Below, piece by piece: positions 49,501 through 61,600 of a stretch of DNA of 64,000 nt (positions within the stretch are counted from its first letter, which is position 1; each line of letters begins with the position of its first letter). The notes below the pieces were generated by a model. The model made no database searches, had not been told where the DNA came from, and was given only the letters and a program-made list of their open reading frames with translations. This DNA is from Bacteroidia bacterium. Lineage in GTDB: Bacteria > Bacteroidota > Bacteroidia > JANWJV01. The DNA lies in the NCBI GenBank assembly GCA_025451785.1, contig JANWJV010000124.1, positions 2,428 to 66,427 on the forward strand, in the 5' to 3' direction. Made by a program: the position numbers and the translations under genes.

Positions 49501-49972
49501 TTTCGCAGGTGGGGGTATAGAGAAGGACGTTCTTAGTGGTAACATCGCCCAATCCGCCATTAAGGCTCATGTCAACCACTGAATAGCAAAAGCCGAAAGC
49601 ACCTGCCTGTGCATCGGCGGTGAAAACATAATAAAGGGTGGCGCTGCCGGGACGGGGTACCACCACAGCCGATTGCGCTGAAGAAGAGTTACCGTTCAGC
49701 CCAAAGCCGTTCGGCATCTGTATATTGTTCTTATTCCACACCTTCATGCCGTCGGTATAGAACAACAGGTTGCCGTTCTTGTCAGAGATGGTGGCAGAGC
49801 CTTCGAAAGTGCTTAATGCGCTGTTGGTGAAAGCTACCGGGTTGCCGGAAGAGAAATTGACCCCCGCGTTGGTACCGAAATGCCAGTTCCAGAACTCCTT
49901 CTGGGCCAGTAAACTGCCTGAAGAAAGGAGTAGAATGGAAAATAAAACTATCCGGCGGTAAAGTTGTTTCAT
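46502..49972 (-). CDS. T9SS type B cargo adhesin: head B, PKD, SprB repeats, two PKD, CTD
   Basis: Likely start MKQLYRRIVLF, with a TATATTTG box at 49996-50003; head closely similar to 40336..42891; APNAFTPDGNGLND..GHLSLVR. Confidence 0.85.
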   Translation of the reverse strand: MKQLYRRIVLFSILLLSSGSLLAQKEFWNWHFGTNAGVNFSSGNPVAFTNSALSTFEGSATISDKNGNLLFYTDGMKVWNKNNIQMPNGFGLNGNSSSAQSAVVVPRPGSATLYYVFTADAQAGAFGFCYSVVDMSLNGGLGDVTTKNVLLYTPTCEKITAVKHKNGCDIWVLSHQWNTANIYAYRVTAAGVNTTPVISNPGCQVHSGSSSVAIGYMKANPQGTKVAAGVALLTNSLELYDFNNATGVCSNGLNIPTGFTQTYGCEWSPDGKLLYGASGTIYQYNTTLGTGALIIASKVNVGTGTWGALQVGPNGKMYQVTTTSFLNVINNPNVIGTGCNFVANVVPLAGKTGFLGLPSFITSWVIPPVTLSAGPFCLGQGTVFNLSDTSGIMNYNWNFGDPNSGGNNTSSLISPSHTFTSAGTFTVNAIITYACRTDTVKLNVTIVSCGFTVTANSGSVCPGGCKSVTATPAAGVSPYTYSWNTGATTQTINPCPTANTTYTVLVTDAGGATATATATLTVNPAININTSVINVKCNGQANGSASATVSGGTSPYTYSWNNNQSTASASGLAQGGYTLTVTDASGCTKTASVSVTQPNQLTVAAAGGSISCNGGNNGSAGATASGGTTNYTYNWSNGQTSSNAIGLTAGTYTITITDANGCTATATATVTQPAAVTLQTSTVNSTCANPGSASATGSGGTGTFTYIWTPGNQTAQTATGLNTGGYTVTATDGNGCTQTASVTISGTSGPTLNASGTNVLCNGGTSGTASVTASGGTGTMTYLWSNAQNTQGATGLTAGTYSVVVSDGNGCTATAQVTITEPAMLTVTATGSNACSNANATSVVAGGTVNYTYLWSNAQTTQNATGLGTGVYTLTVTDANGCSASDTATVNISAAPVVVFTADDTAGCVALCVNFTCSTANINAWTWNFGDGSSSGFGAATSHCYKTAGSFSVTLTVTDNNGCTGSLTRNNYISVFPNVGASFAASPQPTTVLNPVITFTDLSTGGAISWNWSFGDLLNSTSTLQNPSFNYKDSGCYNVRLIADNQYNCPDTSDQVVCILGDYELFAPNAFTPDGNGLNDNWNVRGIGIDPDHFELYIFDRWGSLIFKTTDLFEGWNGHANGGRDIAQQDVYVWKVFTRDFLGNKHSYIGHLSLVR

Positions 49973-50071
49973 CGGGAGTTTTTGGTACAAGCTATCAAAT
50001 ATATGAAAAATAGCTGATTTTACAAGAATAAGACCCCTAAAAGGCATTTTTGGTTGCACCGGGAAAAAGCC

Positions 50072-50079
50072 TATCTTTG
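50072..50079 (+). promoter_or_regulatory. -7 promoter element
   Basis: TATCTTTG with TTTG ~20 nt upstream. Confidence 0.6.
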
Positions 50080-50125
50080 CCTCCCTTGAATTAAGAACCC
50101 AATAAAAAAACCAAAAACTTTCCCA

Positions 50126-50710
50126 ATGAAAAAAGTATTGTTTACCCTCGCAGCAGTAGCCATCTCTGCTGTAGTATTCGACAGCTGCAAAAAAGGCGAA
50201 GAAGATCCTTTTCTGTCACTGCGCTCACGCAAAGCCCGCCTCGTAGGCGAGTGGAAGCTTAGCGCTGGTACTGAAACGTATGTTTCAGGCGGTGCTACCA
50301 CCACTACCACTTACACTGAAACCCAAAAGACCGAAACTGCTGGTTCAAACAGCGTAACTACCGGCTACACCTCGACCATCAAGATCGAGAAGGACGGAAG
50401 TTTCTCTTGGACAGAAGTAGAAACTGTAGGTTCAGTGGTTACCACTACCACCAACGAAGGTACCTGGAACTGGGTTGGCCGTGTTGGCGAAGCCAAGAAC
50501 AAGGAGTATGTTGTGTTCACCGTTACAAAAGTGACACAAGCTTCAGGTTCTACTACCAGCACCAACTCTTGCACCGGCGGCGATTGCTTTACCGTTACCT
50601 GGAGGCTCAAGACGCTTAAGAACAAGGAACTGGTTGCTAACATCGACGGCACCAGCACCGACAGCGGCGGAACCGACACTACTACCGGTACTATGACCTA
50701 CGCTCAGTAA
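50126..50710 (+). CDS. Lipocalin-like Thr-rich lipoprotein
   Basis: FDSC followed by KKGEED; PFLSLRSRKARLVGEWKL; DGSF..GTW..LKNKEL. Confidence 0.75.
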   Translation: MKKVLFTLAAVAISAVVFDSCKKGEEDPFLSLRSRKARLVGEWKLSAGTETYVSGGATTTTTYTETQKTETAGSNSVTTGYTSTIKIEKDGSFSWTEVETVGSVVTTTTNEGTWNWVGRVGEAKNKEYVVFTVTKVTQASGSTTSTNSCTGGDCFTVTWRLKTLKNKELVANIDGTSTDSGGTDTTTGTMTYAQ

Positions 50711-50728
50711 TCGTATTTTAATACTGAT

Positions 50729-50758
50729 AAAAGACCCTTGCTTCGGCAGGGGTTTTTT
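50729..50758 (+). terminator. Intrinsic terminator
   Basis: GACCCTTGC-TTCG-GCAGGGGTT followed by a T-tract (cUUCGg loop). Confidence 0.85.
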
Positions 50759-50777
50759 ATTTGGATAACTTTGAGGA

Positions 50778-52796
<2,019 letters not shown>

Positions 52797-52805
52797 AGGT
52801 CCTCA

Positions 52806-53807
52806 ATGAAGGAATCCAATTCCCTCTTCTGCCTTTTCCTGTTCACACTCCTGCTTATTCCCCATTCTTTTTTTTCACAAGTCATCGAGAATCGCCTCCG
52901 TGACGTTCCGCTCACCGTTCCGGTGTTCAACACTGCTTTCATAAAGCTGAACCGCGTGAAGGCGATCAGTTCATCGCTTTCTACCAAGCCCGACAACCAG
53001 AGCATCATCGACAAAGGCCTTACGGAGAACTTTCTGTTCGATACTTTGGGCCGCCTTATGGAGTTCAACTACACCCGTGTTAAGGATTATAAAGAAAGAG
53101 AAGTGATGGTGCCTGCCGTGTACAGCCGCAAAGGACGCAGGATACGTCCCGCTTCGGTGCGTTACGAGAATTCCTATATATACGACACCATTTTTACCTC
53201 TTACTTTTATAACCCCGCCGGAAAACTGATCGGCACCCGCAGCACTGATAATTTTTATTACGACACACATTATTACGATTATGACAGCCTCGGACGCCTT
53301 GTGAAGGAAGTACGCTGCAAAGAGACCAATACCGGCAGCGGACGCAGGGATTTCAGGCTGGGGGTACAGCAAGTGCTCACACTGGAGACCTTTGGTTACG
53401 AAAAGCTTACCGACAAGCAAAGCCAGATGCGCCACTTCAACGACGAGGGCCGTCAGTACAAGAAGACCATTATGAACTACGATGACAAGCAGCAGCTTAC
53501 CGACCGTAATGAGGAGTTCGTGGTTGGCTGGACCAGGGTGAGGACCGTGTATCGTTACGATAGCCTGGGAAGGCTTGCCAGTCAGCTGTATACTTCCAAC
53601 TCAGGCGGCGATACAAAGGAAGCGATGGAATTCGGCTATGATGAAGCGGGAAATGTGCTTTCGGAAAAAAAGTATGACAACGAAATGCTGGTGGCCAATA
53701 CCGAATACCTTTACGATCCCCAGAAGAAGTTTGTCACTTCCCGCATTGTGCGCTTCTTCGGCGCCTGTACCATCGGCATCACCAAGTACACGTATTCTTT
53801 TTACTAA
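52806..53807 (+). CDS. Hypothetical exported protein with YD/RHS-like repeats
   Basis: Signal peptide; FDTLGRL, YDSLGRL (twice), YDEAGN; ends KYTYSFY. Confidence 0.65.
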   Translation: MKESNSLFCLFLFTLLLIPHSFFSQVIENRLRDVPLTVPVFNTAFIKLNRVKAISSSLSTKPDNQSIIDKGLTENFLFDTLGRLMEFNYTRVKDYKEREVMVPAVYSRKGRRIRPASVRYENSYIYDTIFTSYFYNPAGKLIGTRSTDNFYYDTHYYDYDSLGRLVKEVRCKETNTGSGRRDFRLGVQQVLTLETFGYEKLTDKQSQMRHFNDEGRQYKKTIMNYDDKQQLTDRNEEFVVGWTRVRTVYRYDSLGRLASQLYTSNSGGDTKEAMEFGYDEAGNVLSEKKYDNEMLVANTEYLYDPQKKFVTSRIVRFFGACTIGITKYTYSFY

Positions 53808-54493
53808 GCTTTTTGGTTGCCCACGAAGTCTTTGAGGTAAAAGGGCTCGAAGTAGGCAAGGTCCTCAAAACGTTTTTCGGCAAATGCCTTTTCAGAAAGA
53901 CCGGCCATGTCCTTCGCAGATGGAAAAACATTATCTATGAAACTGAAACCACGTTTATTCTCCAGCACGGCCTTGCATTTGGAGGCGCCATCGCCGAAAA
54001 GTGCCAGCGAATGGCCGGAGGCAAGTTCAGAAAATGAACTTTCATCAATGATCTTCGCCTGAACAGGCATTATTTCGTTCAACTCCTGGTCGTACGCCGC
54101 GCAGTACACTTCCATCCGGCGTGCGTCGATCATTGGCACCAATAGATTGTTGATCGTTGATCGTTGATCGTTGATTGCCAGTTGTGAGCTTGCCATGCTT
54201 AAGAGCGTAGGAACCGCGATCAAAGGTTTTTCGAGCGCAAAACAAAATCCTTTAGCGGCCGAAACGCCAATGCGCAAACCTGTATAAGAGCCCGGACCCT
54301 TACTTACCGCCACCGCGTCGAGTTCCCCCAGCTTCTTGCCGGCCTGCTTCATTATATCTTCAATAAAAAGGATGAGGTTCTCCGAATGGGTATAGCCCTC
54401 GTTGATCTCCTTAAGGGCCAACACCTCACCGTCTTTCGCCAACGCAACAGAGCAAGCGGTAGTTGCGGTTTCTATATTGAGTATTAATCCCAA
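53804..54493 (-). CDS. tsaB: tRNA threonylcarbamoyladenosine biosynthesis protein TsaB
   Basis: ILNIETAT..CSVAL, HSE, GPGSYTGLRIG, PMIDARRMEVY, EPFYLK. Confidence 0.93.
   Translation of the reverse strand: MGLILNIETATTACSVALAKDGEVLALKEINEGYTHSENLILFIEDIMKQAGKKLGELDAVAVSKGPGSYTGLRIGVSAAKGFCFALEKPLIAVPTLLSMASSQLAINDQRSTINNLLVPMIDARRMEVYCAAYDQELNEIMPVQAKIIDESSFSELASGHSLALFGDGASKCKAVLENKRGFSFIDNVFPSAKDMAGLSEKAFAEKRFEDLAYFEPFYLKDFVGNQKA
54144..54185. repeat. Intragenic 7-bp tandem repeat in tsaB
   Basis: agattgt tgatcgt tgatcgt tgatcgt tgattgc cagttgt (6 units = 42 bp); encodes QLAINDQRSTINN. Confidence 0.85.
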
Positions 54494-54496
54494 TTT

Positions 54497-55843
54497 CTAC
54501 TTCCCTTTGCCGGAGAAAAGATCTGTTCTTTCCACCTTGCTCACGGGCATTCCGTCGTTCAGCAGTTTGGAGATGGCATTGTAAGGCGCGGTGATCACCT
54601 CCATGTTCTTATCGATGCCTTGCAGCACCTGGATATAGTCGTTGTCCTGGATGCCGGTCTTCACCTTCACCATTTTGGCCACTCCGTTATCAAGCACAAA
54701 CACACATTCTTCAGGCTTCACTTCTTTTTCCTTATCAACCTTTTTCTCCCTCGTGTCGTTCACCTGCACCTTGCCATCATCTTCTTTCTTTTCTTCCTTC
54801 TGTTTTTCTGTGCGAGTGGTCACCGCCTGGATGGGAACTGAAAGCGCGTCCTTTACTGATTTGGTTTGGATGTCGACCGTTGCCGACATACCGGGTCTGA
54901 AAGGAGAGCGGCCCTGTTCTTTGTCGGAAAGGTCCTTATAGGAAGAGGACAGAATACGGATCTTCACTGTGAAATTGGTCACCTGGTCAGAGGTCATGCC
55001 CGTAGTGTTGGCGGAGTTGGCGATCTCGGTCACCACACCTTTGAACTTGCGGTCGAGGTAAGCATCCACTTCAATGAGCGCTGTGTCATGCATGTGCACA
55101 CGCACGATGTCGTTCTCGTTCACATCAACGCTTACTTCCATTTCGTTGAGGTTAGCGATGATGAGAAGTTCTGTTCCCGTCATCTGCGCTGTCCCCACCA
55201 CCCGTTCGCCTTTCTCCACGTTAAGCTTCGAAACGGTGCCGTCAACGGGAGAATAAATGGAGGTCTTGGAAAGCTGGTCGTTGGCTTCTTTGAGAGAGGC
55301 TTCCGTGCTTTTCACATTGTAATCAGAAGCATTCACCGTTTCCTGTGCGGCATCCACATCTGACTTCGCGCTCTCGTAGCCGGCTTTGGCGGCATCAAAT
55401 TCGGCCTGTGAGATGGCGCCCTGGTCGAAGAGCTTTTTGTTGCGGTTAAAGCTCGTCTCGGTATTGGCGAATTGCGATTTTACCTGCGCCAGCCTCGCGC
55501 GGGCATTCGCCAGGTTGGCACGGCTGCCGTTGAGCGTGGCGCTCATACGGTCCATGGCCGACAAGTAAATGTCAGGGTTGATCTTCGCGAGCAGATCGCC
55601 TTTTTTTACCTGTTGCCCTTCTTTCACAGGCAGTTCCACTACCTCGCCCGAAACATCGGAGCTGATCTTCACCTGCACCTCGGGCTGTATCTTGCCGTTG
55701 GCAGAAACCGTTTCGATGATGTTACGCTGTTCCGGCTTTTCGGTCGATACCTGGAGACCTGTATTTCCGCCGCAGCTCTTCATGAGGATAACTGCTATGA
55801 GCATCGCAAGGCCGCCGCCGATGAGTAAAAGGATCTTTTTCAT
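54497..55843 (-). CDS. Efflux membrane-fusion (periplasmic adaptor) protein, MacA/HlyD-like
   Basis: VKEGQQVKKGDLL, coiled-coil hairpin, IYSPVDGTV, FRPGMSATVDI, VKTGIQD. Confidence 0.9.
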   Translation of the reverse strand: MKKILLLIGGGLAMLIAVILMKSCGGNTGLQVSTEKPEQRNIIETVSANGKIQPEVQVKISSDVSGEVVELPVKEGQQVKKGDLLAKINPDIYLSAMDRMSATLNGSRANLANARARLAQVKSQFANTETSFNRNKKLFDQGAISQAEFDAAKAGYESAKSDVDAAQETVNASDYNVKSTEASLKEANDQLSKTSIYSPVDGTVSKLNVEKGERVVGTAQMTGTELLIIANLNEMEVSVDVNENDIVRVHMHDTALIEVDAYLDRKFKGVVTEIANSANTTGMTSDQVTNFTVKIRILSSSYKDLSDKEQGRSPFRPGMSATVDIQTKSVKDALSVPIQAVTTRTEKQKEEKKEDDGKVQVNDTREKKVDKEKEVKPEECVFVLDNGVAKMVKVKTGIQDNDYIQVLQGIDKNMEVITAPYNAISKLLNDGMPVSKVERTDLFSGKGK

Positions 55844-55853
55844 TTTCTTTCTG

Positions 55854-57296
55854 TCAGAAGCTCAGGGGTTTTCCCTGGTAAAAATCAAGGACCTTCACTT
55901 TAAATATATAATCGTACTTGGCAGAAAGCAGGTCCGATTCCGCTTTCTGAAGTTTGTTCTTGGCATCATTATAATCGTTGGAGTTAAGCATGCCCACGTT
56001 GAACTTTTGCTCAGTGTACTTAAAGGCTTCCTGCATGGCCTCGGCCGCTTTTTTGGTGGCGCCATATTTTTTGAGGGCCGCGGTGGCGTCGGCATGTGCC
56101 TGTTGTATCGCCTTGTTAAGGTCGTTCTTCGCCTGTTGCAGGCTCAGTTCGCTGATCTGCTTCTGTAGTTTCGCGCGGCTCATCGCCGACTTTGTTTGCA
56201 GGCCGTTGAACAGGGGAACGGTAAGGTGCAGGCCTATGTTCTTGTTGATGTTGTCGTTCACCTGGTCGCTGAAAGGGATCACTTCAAAACCATTGGTAAG
56301 GAAGGCCGAATACACGGTGTCACCTCCTGAGGTGAAGTCGCCGTTGGGCGCGAAGTTAAAAGCAGGGCTTCCGGCAATGCGTTTGCTGGCGCCCGAATAA
56401 CCGGTTCCGTACGATCCGCTCAGGCTGATGCGGGGGCTCATGCCGCCGCGTGCCGCGCTTAGTCCGCGCTCGCTGCTAAGCAAACGGTATTCCGCGCTTT
56501 TGATCTCGGGCTGCCGTTGTACCGCGGTGCTATACACCTGCGAGGGAGAAGCGCCAAGCAAAGATTCGGAAGGGTCGGCAAGATCAGGTTTCACAATGCT
56601 GAAGCCTTCGGCCTTCTCGAGGTTAAGCAATTGTACAAGCGATAGAGTGGCGATGTCGAGCTGATTCTGGGCATTGGTAAAATTGAGCTCCTCGGCGGCC
56701 AGTTGCGATTGAATATCGAGCAAGGTGCCTTTCGCTACGCTTCCTGCTTCGAGCAGCTTGCGTGTGCGCTCCACTTGTTTGAGGGTGACCTCTGCCTGGC
56801 TCCGTGCGATGTTGCGGAGCTCCTGCGCGAAAAGCACCTGGAGATAGGCCGAAGCAATGCCCAGCGAAATATCATTGGTGGTCTTGGTAATGTCGTACTG
56901 GCTCGCCAGGTACACCATCTTGTTCTGGCGGATAGTATTATAGGTCTGGAAGCCGCTGAAAAGTGTCACCGAACTGCTCAGGTAAAAGTTTTGCGACAAT
57001 ACTTTATCGGTAGCGAAGGTATTGGTGAAGGGATCGATGGTACGCCCGAAATTATAGCTATGTGAAACGTTGCCGTTGAGCGAGGGAAGAGCAGAGGCCT
57101 GGCTTTGTACAAAGTTCTCTTTTGAGATCTCGGCATTGAGCTGGCTCTGTCGTATCTGGATATTGTTCTTCAGCGCATAATCAACACATTGCTGCAGTGT
57201 CCAGGCACTGCCGGTGGTTTGTGCGGCAAGCGGAGCGCTAAGCAGCGACGAAAGGAAAACAAAGGAATACAGCCGGCTTTTCTGAAAGGATCGCAT
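55854..57296 (-). CDS. TolC-family outer-membrane efflux protein
   Basis: WTLQQCVDYALKNN, LPSLNG, RQPEIK, VPLFNG, LDFYQG; likely start MRSFQK after a TACCTTTG box at 57315-57322. Confidence 0.9.
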   Translation of the reverse strand: MRSFQKSRLYSFVFLSSLLSAPLAAQTTGSAWTLQQCVDYALKNNIQIRQSQLNAEISKENFVQSQASALPSLNGNVSHSYNFGRTIDPFTNTFATDKVLSQNFYLSSSVTLFSGFQTYNTIRQNKMVYLASQYDITKTTNDISLGIASAYLQVLFAQELRNIARSQAEVTLKQVERTRKLLEAGSVAKGTLLDIQSQLAAEELNFTNAQNQLDIATLSLVQLLNLEKAEGFSIVKPDLADPSESLLGASPSQVYSTAVQRQPEIKSAEYRLLSSERGLSAARGGMSPRISLSGSYGTGYSGASKRIAGSPAFNFAPNGDFTSGGDTVYSAFLTNGFEVIPFSDQVNDNINKNIGLHLTVPLFNGLQTKSAMSRAKLQKQISELSLQQAKNDLNKAIQQAHADATAALKKYGATKKAAEAMQEAFKYTEQKFNVGMLNSNDYNDAKNKLQKAESDLLSAKYDYIFKVKVLDFYQGKPLSF

Positions 57297-57387
57297 AGGG
57301 AAATAAAGACCGGGCAAAGGTAGTAAATATCAATAGATACTTACTGGAAGGAGCAAATGAGAAAGGAATTGAAAAGGGGGAAAGCGA

Positions 57388-57519
57388 TCAGGCGGGGCGA
57401 ACCAGTTTTTCTGTTTCGGGTTTAGCTACTTTACCGTAGGCCGGACAGCGCTCATGGCTTTTGCAGGAACAGAGAACAGAACCGGTTACGATTGCTATTA
57501 ACAGGAATATTTTTTTCAT
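57388..57519 (-). CDS. Small lipoprotein with a CPAY motif (43 aa)
   Basis: MKKIFLLIAIVTGSVLCSC-KSHERCPAYGK...; lipobox; TAATTTTG box at 57598-57605. Confidence 0.7.
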   Translation of the reverse strand: MKKIFLLIAIVTGSVLCSCKSHERCPAYGKVAKPETEKLVRPA

Positions 57520-57694
57520 GCCTTTAGGTTTTATTGAATTGGGAGATTGGCTTTCTACGCTTAATTTATCTTTAGGTTTCCTAAAATGAACAAAATGCAA
57601 AATTAGAACTTTTTTTATTTTAGCAAGCCTTAAATGAATAAATTGTGCATTTCAAAAACCTTGCCACCGGCTTTTGTATGGCAAAACAGTAGTT

Positions 57695-58372
57695 ATGAGC
57701 AGTATTAGTCCCCAGATAAATGAAGGCTGGAAGAACTTACTGGAAACGGAGTTCAGGGCACCTTATTTTGCATTACTTAAAGATTTTCTGGTGCAGGAGA
57801 GGGCACGATATGTTGTTTTCCCCCCTGGAAAACAGATCTTTTCGGCTTTCGACCATACCCCCATTGATAAGCTTAAAGTGGTCATCATAGGTCAGGACCC
57901 TTACCATGGAAAAGGCCAGGCCAATGGGCTCTGTTTTTCGGTAAGCCCGGGAATCTCTCAGCCTCCTTCGCTGGTCAATATCTTTAAGGAATTGCAAACT
58001 GACCTGGGCATCCCGGTGCCGAAGAGCGGTAATCTTGAGCCCTGGGCCGGCCAGGGCGTATTGCTCCTCAATGCCACCCTCACCGTTCGCGAGAACACGG
58101 CTGCTTCCCACCAGGGAAAAGGATGGGAGCAGTTCACCGACGCGGTCATAAAGACCATCTCCGAAAACAAGACGGGTGTTGTGTTCCTGTTGTGGGGTAA
58201 ATACGCGCAGTCGAAAGAAGCGTTGATCGATGCTTCTAAGCATCATATCCTAAAGGCCGCTCATCCTTCGCCATTGGCAAGAGGCGCCTTCTTTGGCTGC
58301 AAACACTTTTCCAAGACCAATGAGATCCTGCGGAAGCAAGGTCTTTCCGAAATTGATTGGAGGATCGAATAA
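57695..58372 (+). CDS. ung: Uracil-DNA glycosylase (family 1)
   Basis: IIGQDPYH, ANGLCFSV, PPSLVNIFKEL, GVLLLNATLTV, FLLWG, AHPSPL. Confidence 0.96.
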   Translation: MSSISPQINEGWKNLLETEFRAPYFALLKDFLVQERARYVVFPPGKQIFSAFDHTPIDKLKVVIIGQDPYHGKGQANGLCFSVSPGISQPPSLVNIFKELQTDLGIPVPKSGNLEPWAGQGVLLLNATLTVRENTAASHQGKGWEQFTDAVIKTISENKTGVVFLLWGKYAQSKEALIDASKHHILKAAHPSPLARGAFFGCKHFSKTNEILRKQGLSEIDWRIE

Positions 58373-58611
58373 GGCCGCATATCAAGCGCCATGAAAGGGC
58401 CTTTTCCGGTGCAACCTTTCCTTGTTTTTTTGCGTCTGCTTTTATTAAAAGCAGACTTTTACTTTATTATATATCTATCGCAATGCAAGCCGAACCTTGT
58501 TTATCCGCAAAAAACAGCGATTTGTCCCCTGCAATGGGTCGTCTGTGGAAGCGGTTGACATTTTTAAAAACTTAGCCTATTTTTAGAACCCCGATATTCA
58601 ATCTGCCCCCT

Positions 58612-61600
58612 ATGAAAAGATCTTTCCTTATCACATCGCTGATCCTTACCGCAGGAGCCCTCATGGCTCAATCGACACGTCCTACGACCGGCGGCGGCTG
58701 GACCCTCAACCCATACGAGAACAAGGCGTTTATTGAGAACAAGGGGCAGTTCAATGGCAAGGACGAAGTAAAGGGCTCACAGGTTTATTACGGGGTGGAA
58801 AACCTGGGGCTGCAGATCTATTACAGCAACAAAGGTTTTACTTATCGTTCCGATGAACTGGTGCCCGAAGAAAAAGGATGGAGTGCTGCCATCCACGGAC
58901 TTTTCGGGCGTTCAAAACAAGAGGGCGAAGAAAAAGAGCTTGAAGAAAGGCTGGTGCTCAAGACCAAGACCTTCGGAATGGAATGGCTGGGATCCAACCC
59001 GGCCGTGGTAGTGAAGCCCGAGGGCAAACTTCCTTCTTACTCCTGCTATAACATCGACGGCGACCCAAAGAACGCCATCAACAACGTTCCCGGTTATGAG
59101 AAGCTGGTGTACAAGAACCTTTATCCCGGCATTGACGTTATCTACACCTTTCACGAAAAAGAAGGGATGAAATACGCGCTGGTAGTGCATCCCGGCGCCG
59201 ATATTTCGAAAGTAAAAATGAAATGGAACGACGCAAGCGCCATTGCGATCGACGCTTCAGGTAACCTGAAAATGCAGAGCAGCATGGGTAATTTTACTGA
59301 CCACGCTCCTGTTAGCTTTTACGAACTGAGCCGCGGCCCTGTGAGGTCAGCTTTTGTGCTCGATGGCAATACCGTTTCATTCCAGCTCGACAATTACGAC
59401 AAGAGCAAGACACTGATCATCGACCCCTGGACCACCAACCCCAACTTTACACCTACCAACAAGGCCTGGGATGTGGAGCATGACGCACCCGGCAACGTGT
59501 ACGTGTACGGCGCGCCCATGCCTCACCAGCTCAAGAAGTTCAATACGGCAGGTGTGTTGCAGTGGACCTACAACACCGGCTTTACCAGCTACCCTGGCGA
59601 CCTTGGTGTTGACCAGAATGGAAACTCATACATCACACAGAGCCTCAACGGTATTTGCGCCAAAGTGAATAACGCGGGTGGTTTGACCTGGCAGGTGGCA
59701 GGTGTGTACCGCGAGTACTGGACGATCTCCATCGATTGCAGCGGCAGCAAACTGGTGATCGCTGAATCATATCCCGGAACCTTCATGTCGAACGTGAACC
59801 CCACTACCGGCGCGATCAGCGGAACAACAAACATTAGCCCTGGCGGACAGGACGCCCGCGCGATGTGCGTAGCACCTAACGGGAACTATTACATCATCAC
59901 GGCCGACTACGCCAGCAACGAACGTCTTATCGGAGTAACTCCGGCATGGGCAACAGTGCTTAACGTTACCGCGATCCACGATCCGCCCTATAACGCGACT
60001 CCGCTTTATCAAACCAATTTCATTCACGGGTATAATGGCATTACCTGCGACACCAAATACCTCTACACCAACAGGGGCGCAACCATTTATAAGCGTAACA
60101 TCACCACCGGTGCCACTGTAGCCACGGCCGCTGTTCCCGGCGGAACTGACGACGCCAACTGCGGCATTGCGGTTGACGGCTGCGGAAACGTTTATGTAGG
60201 TTCTACCAACGCGGTGATCAAGTACGACTCCAACCTTACCTTTGTCACTTCGCAGCCCTCTGCTGCGGTGTATGATGTTACCATCGGTAACACCGGTGAG
60301 ATCTATGCTTGCGGACTGGCTTTTGTTTCTTCGCTCAACTTCAATGCATGCTATCCTTCGCTCATCACCTTTAACGTTAACGCGATCAACGCCGGTTGCG
60401 GCGGCGGTACAGGCTCAGCGTCAGTAAGTGCTGTGAGCGGCGGCATCAACCCTTATACCTATTCATGGTCTCCCACAGGCGGTACCAACGCGGTGGCTAC
60501 CGGCCTTACATCAGGTATTTATACGGTTACCATCACTGATGCCACCGGCTGTAAGTTCGGTGTGAAGACAGTAGCTATCACCAGCGGAGGCGGCTCGCTC
60601 ACACTAAGCAGCACGCAGAACAACGTGAGCTGTAACGGCGGCAACAACGGCACTGCTACCGTTAGCTCCAGCACCGGAACATCGCCTTACACTTATTCAT
60701 GGAACCCAACAGGGCAAAACACACAAACAGCTACCGGCTTAACGGCAGGTACCTATACGGTCACAGTTACGGATGCGACCGGCTGTAGTTCTACCGTGCA
60801 GGTCACCCTCACGCAACCGCCGGCTATGACAGCGGGTATAAGCACTTCGGTGAATGTGAATTGTAATGGTGGTAATAACGGCTCCGCGACAGCCACCGCT
60901 TCCGGTGGCACAGGAACGATCACCTATACCTGGAACAATGGCCAGGTGAGCTCAACGGCAACGGGCCTTACGGCGGGAACCTATACGGTTACAGCCAAAG
61001 ACGCGAATGGCTGTACGCAAACAGCGACGGTACTCATAACGCAGCCAACACTATTGCTCACGGGAGTTTCAGTGAGCACCACCGTGAGTTGTAACGGAGG
61101 CAACAACGGATCGATAACGGCAACAGCATCGGGCGGAACGGCCGGCTATAGCTTTAGCTGGAACAACGGCCAGGCCACTGCCAACGCAACGGGTCTTACG
61201 GCGGGAACATATACGGTGACAACGACCGACAGCAAAGGATGTACGGCCACGGCAACCTTTACGGTTACACAGCCCACAGCGCTTGTCGTGAACGGAAGCG
61301 CCACCACTGCCACTTGCGGCGCATCGAACGGTACTGCAACTGCCACGGGCAGCGGTGGAACAGCGGGGTATACCTACAGCTGGAACAACGGACAGCTAAC
61401 GCAAACAGCCACTGGCCTGGGTGCAGGCACTTACACGGTGACCGTTACAGACAATAAAGGTTGTACCAAGACATTTTCAATTGCTGTAAACAACGCCGGC
61501 TCACCTACTGCGGGTATCAGCACAAAAACCAATGTGCTCTGCTTCGGTGGAAACAACGGTTCAGCAACCGCTACCGCTACGGGTGGTACCGGAACGCTTA

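Noticed and set aside
37288-49972. Diversity-generating retroelement or invertible shufflon in the adhesin array
   Set aside because: No reverse transcriptase or recombinase, no near-identical TR/VR pair with adenine-specific differences, and no repeated inversion sites were seen.
52820-52875. Possible heptamer tracts in the signal peptides at 52806 and 34900
   Set aside because: Only about two matching units each, not distinguishable from pyrimidine-rich F/L/S/P codons.
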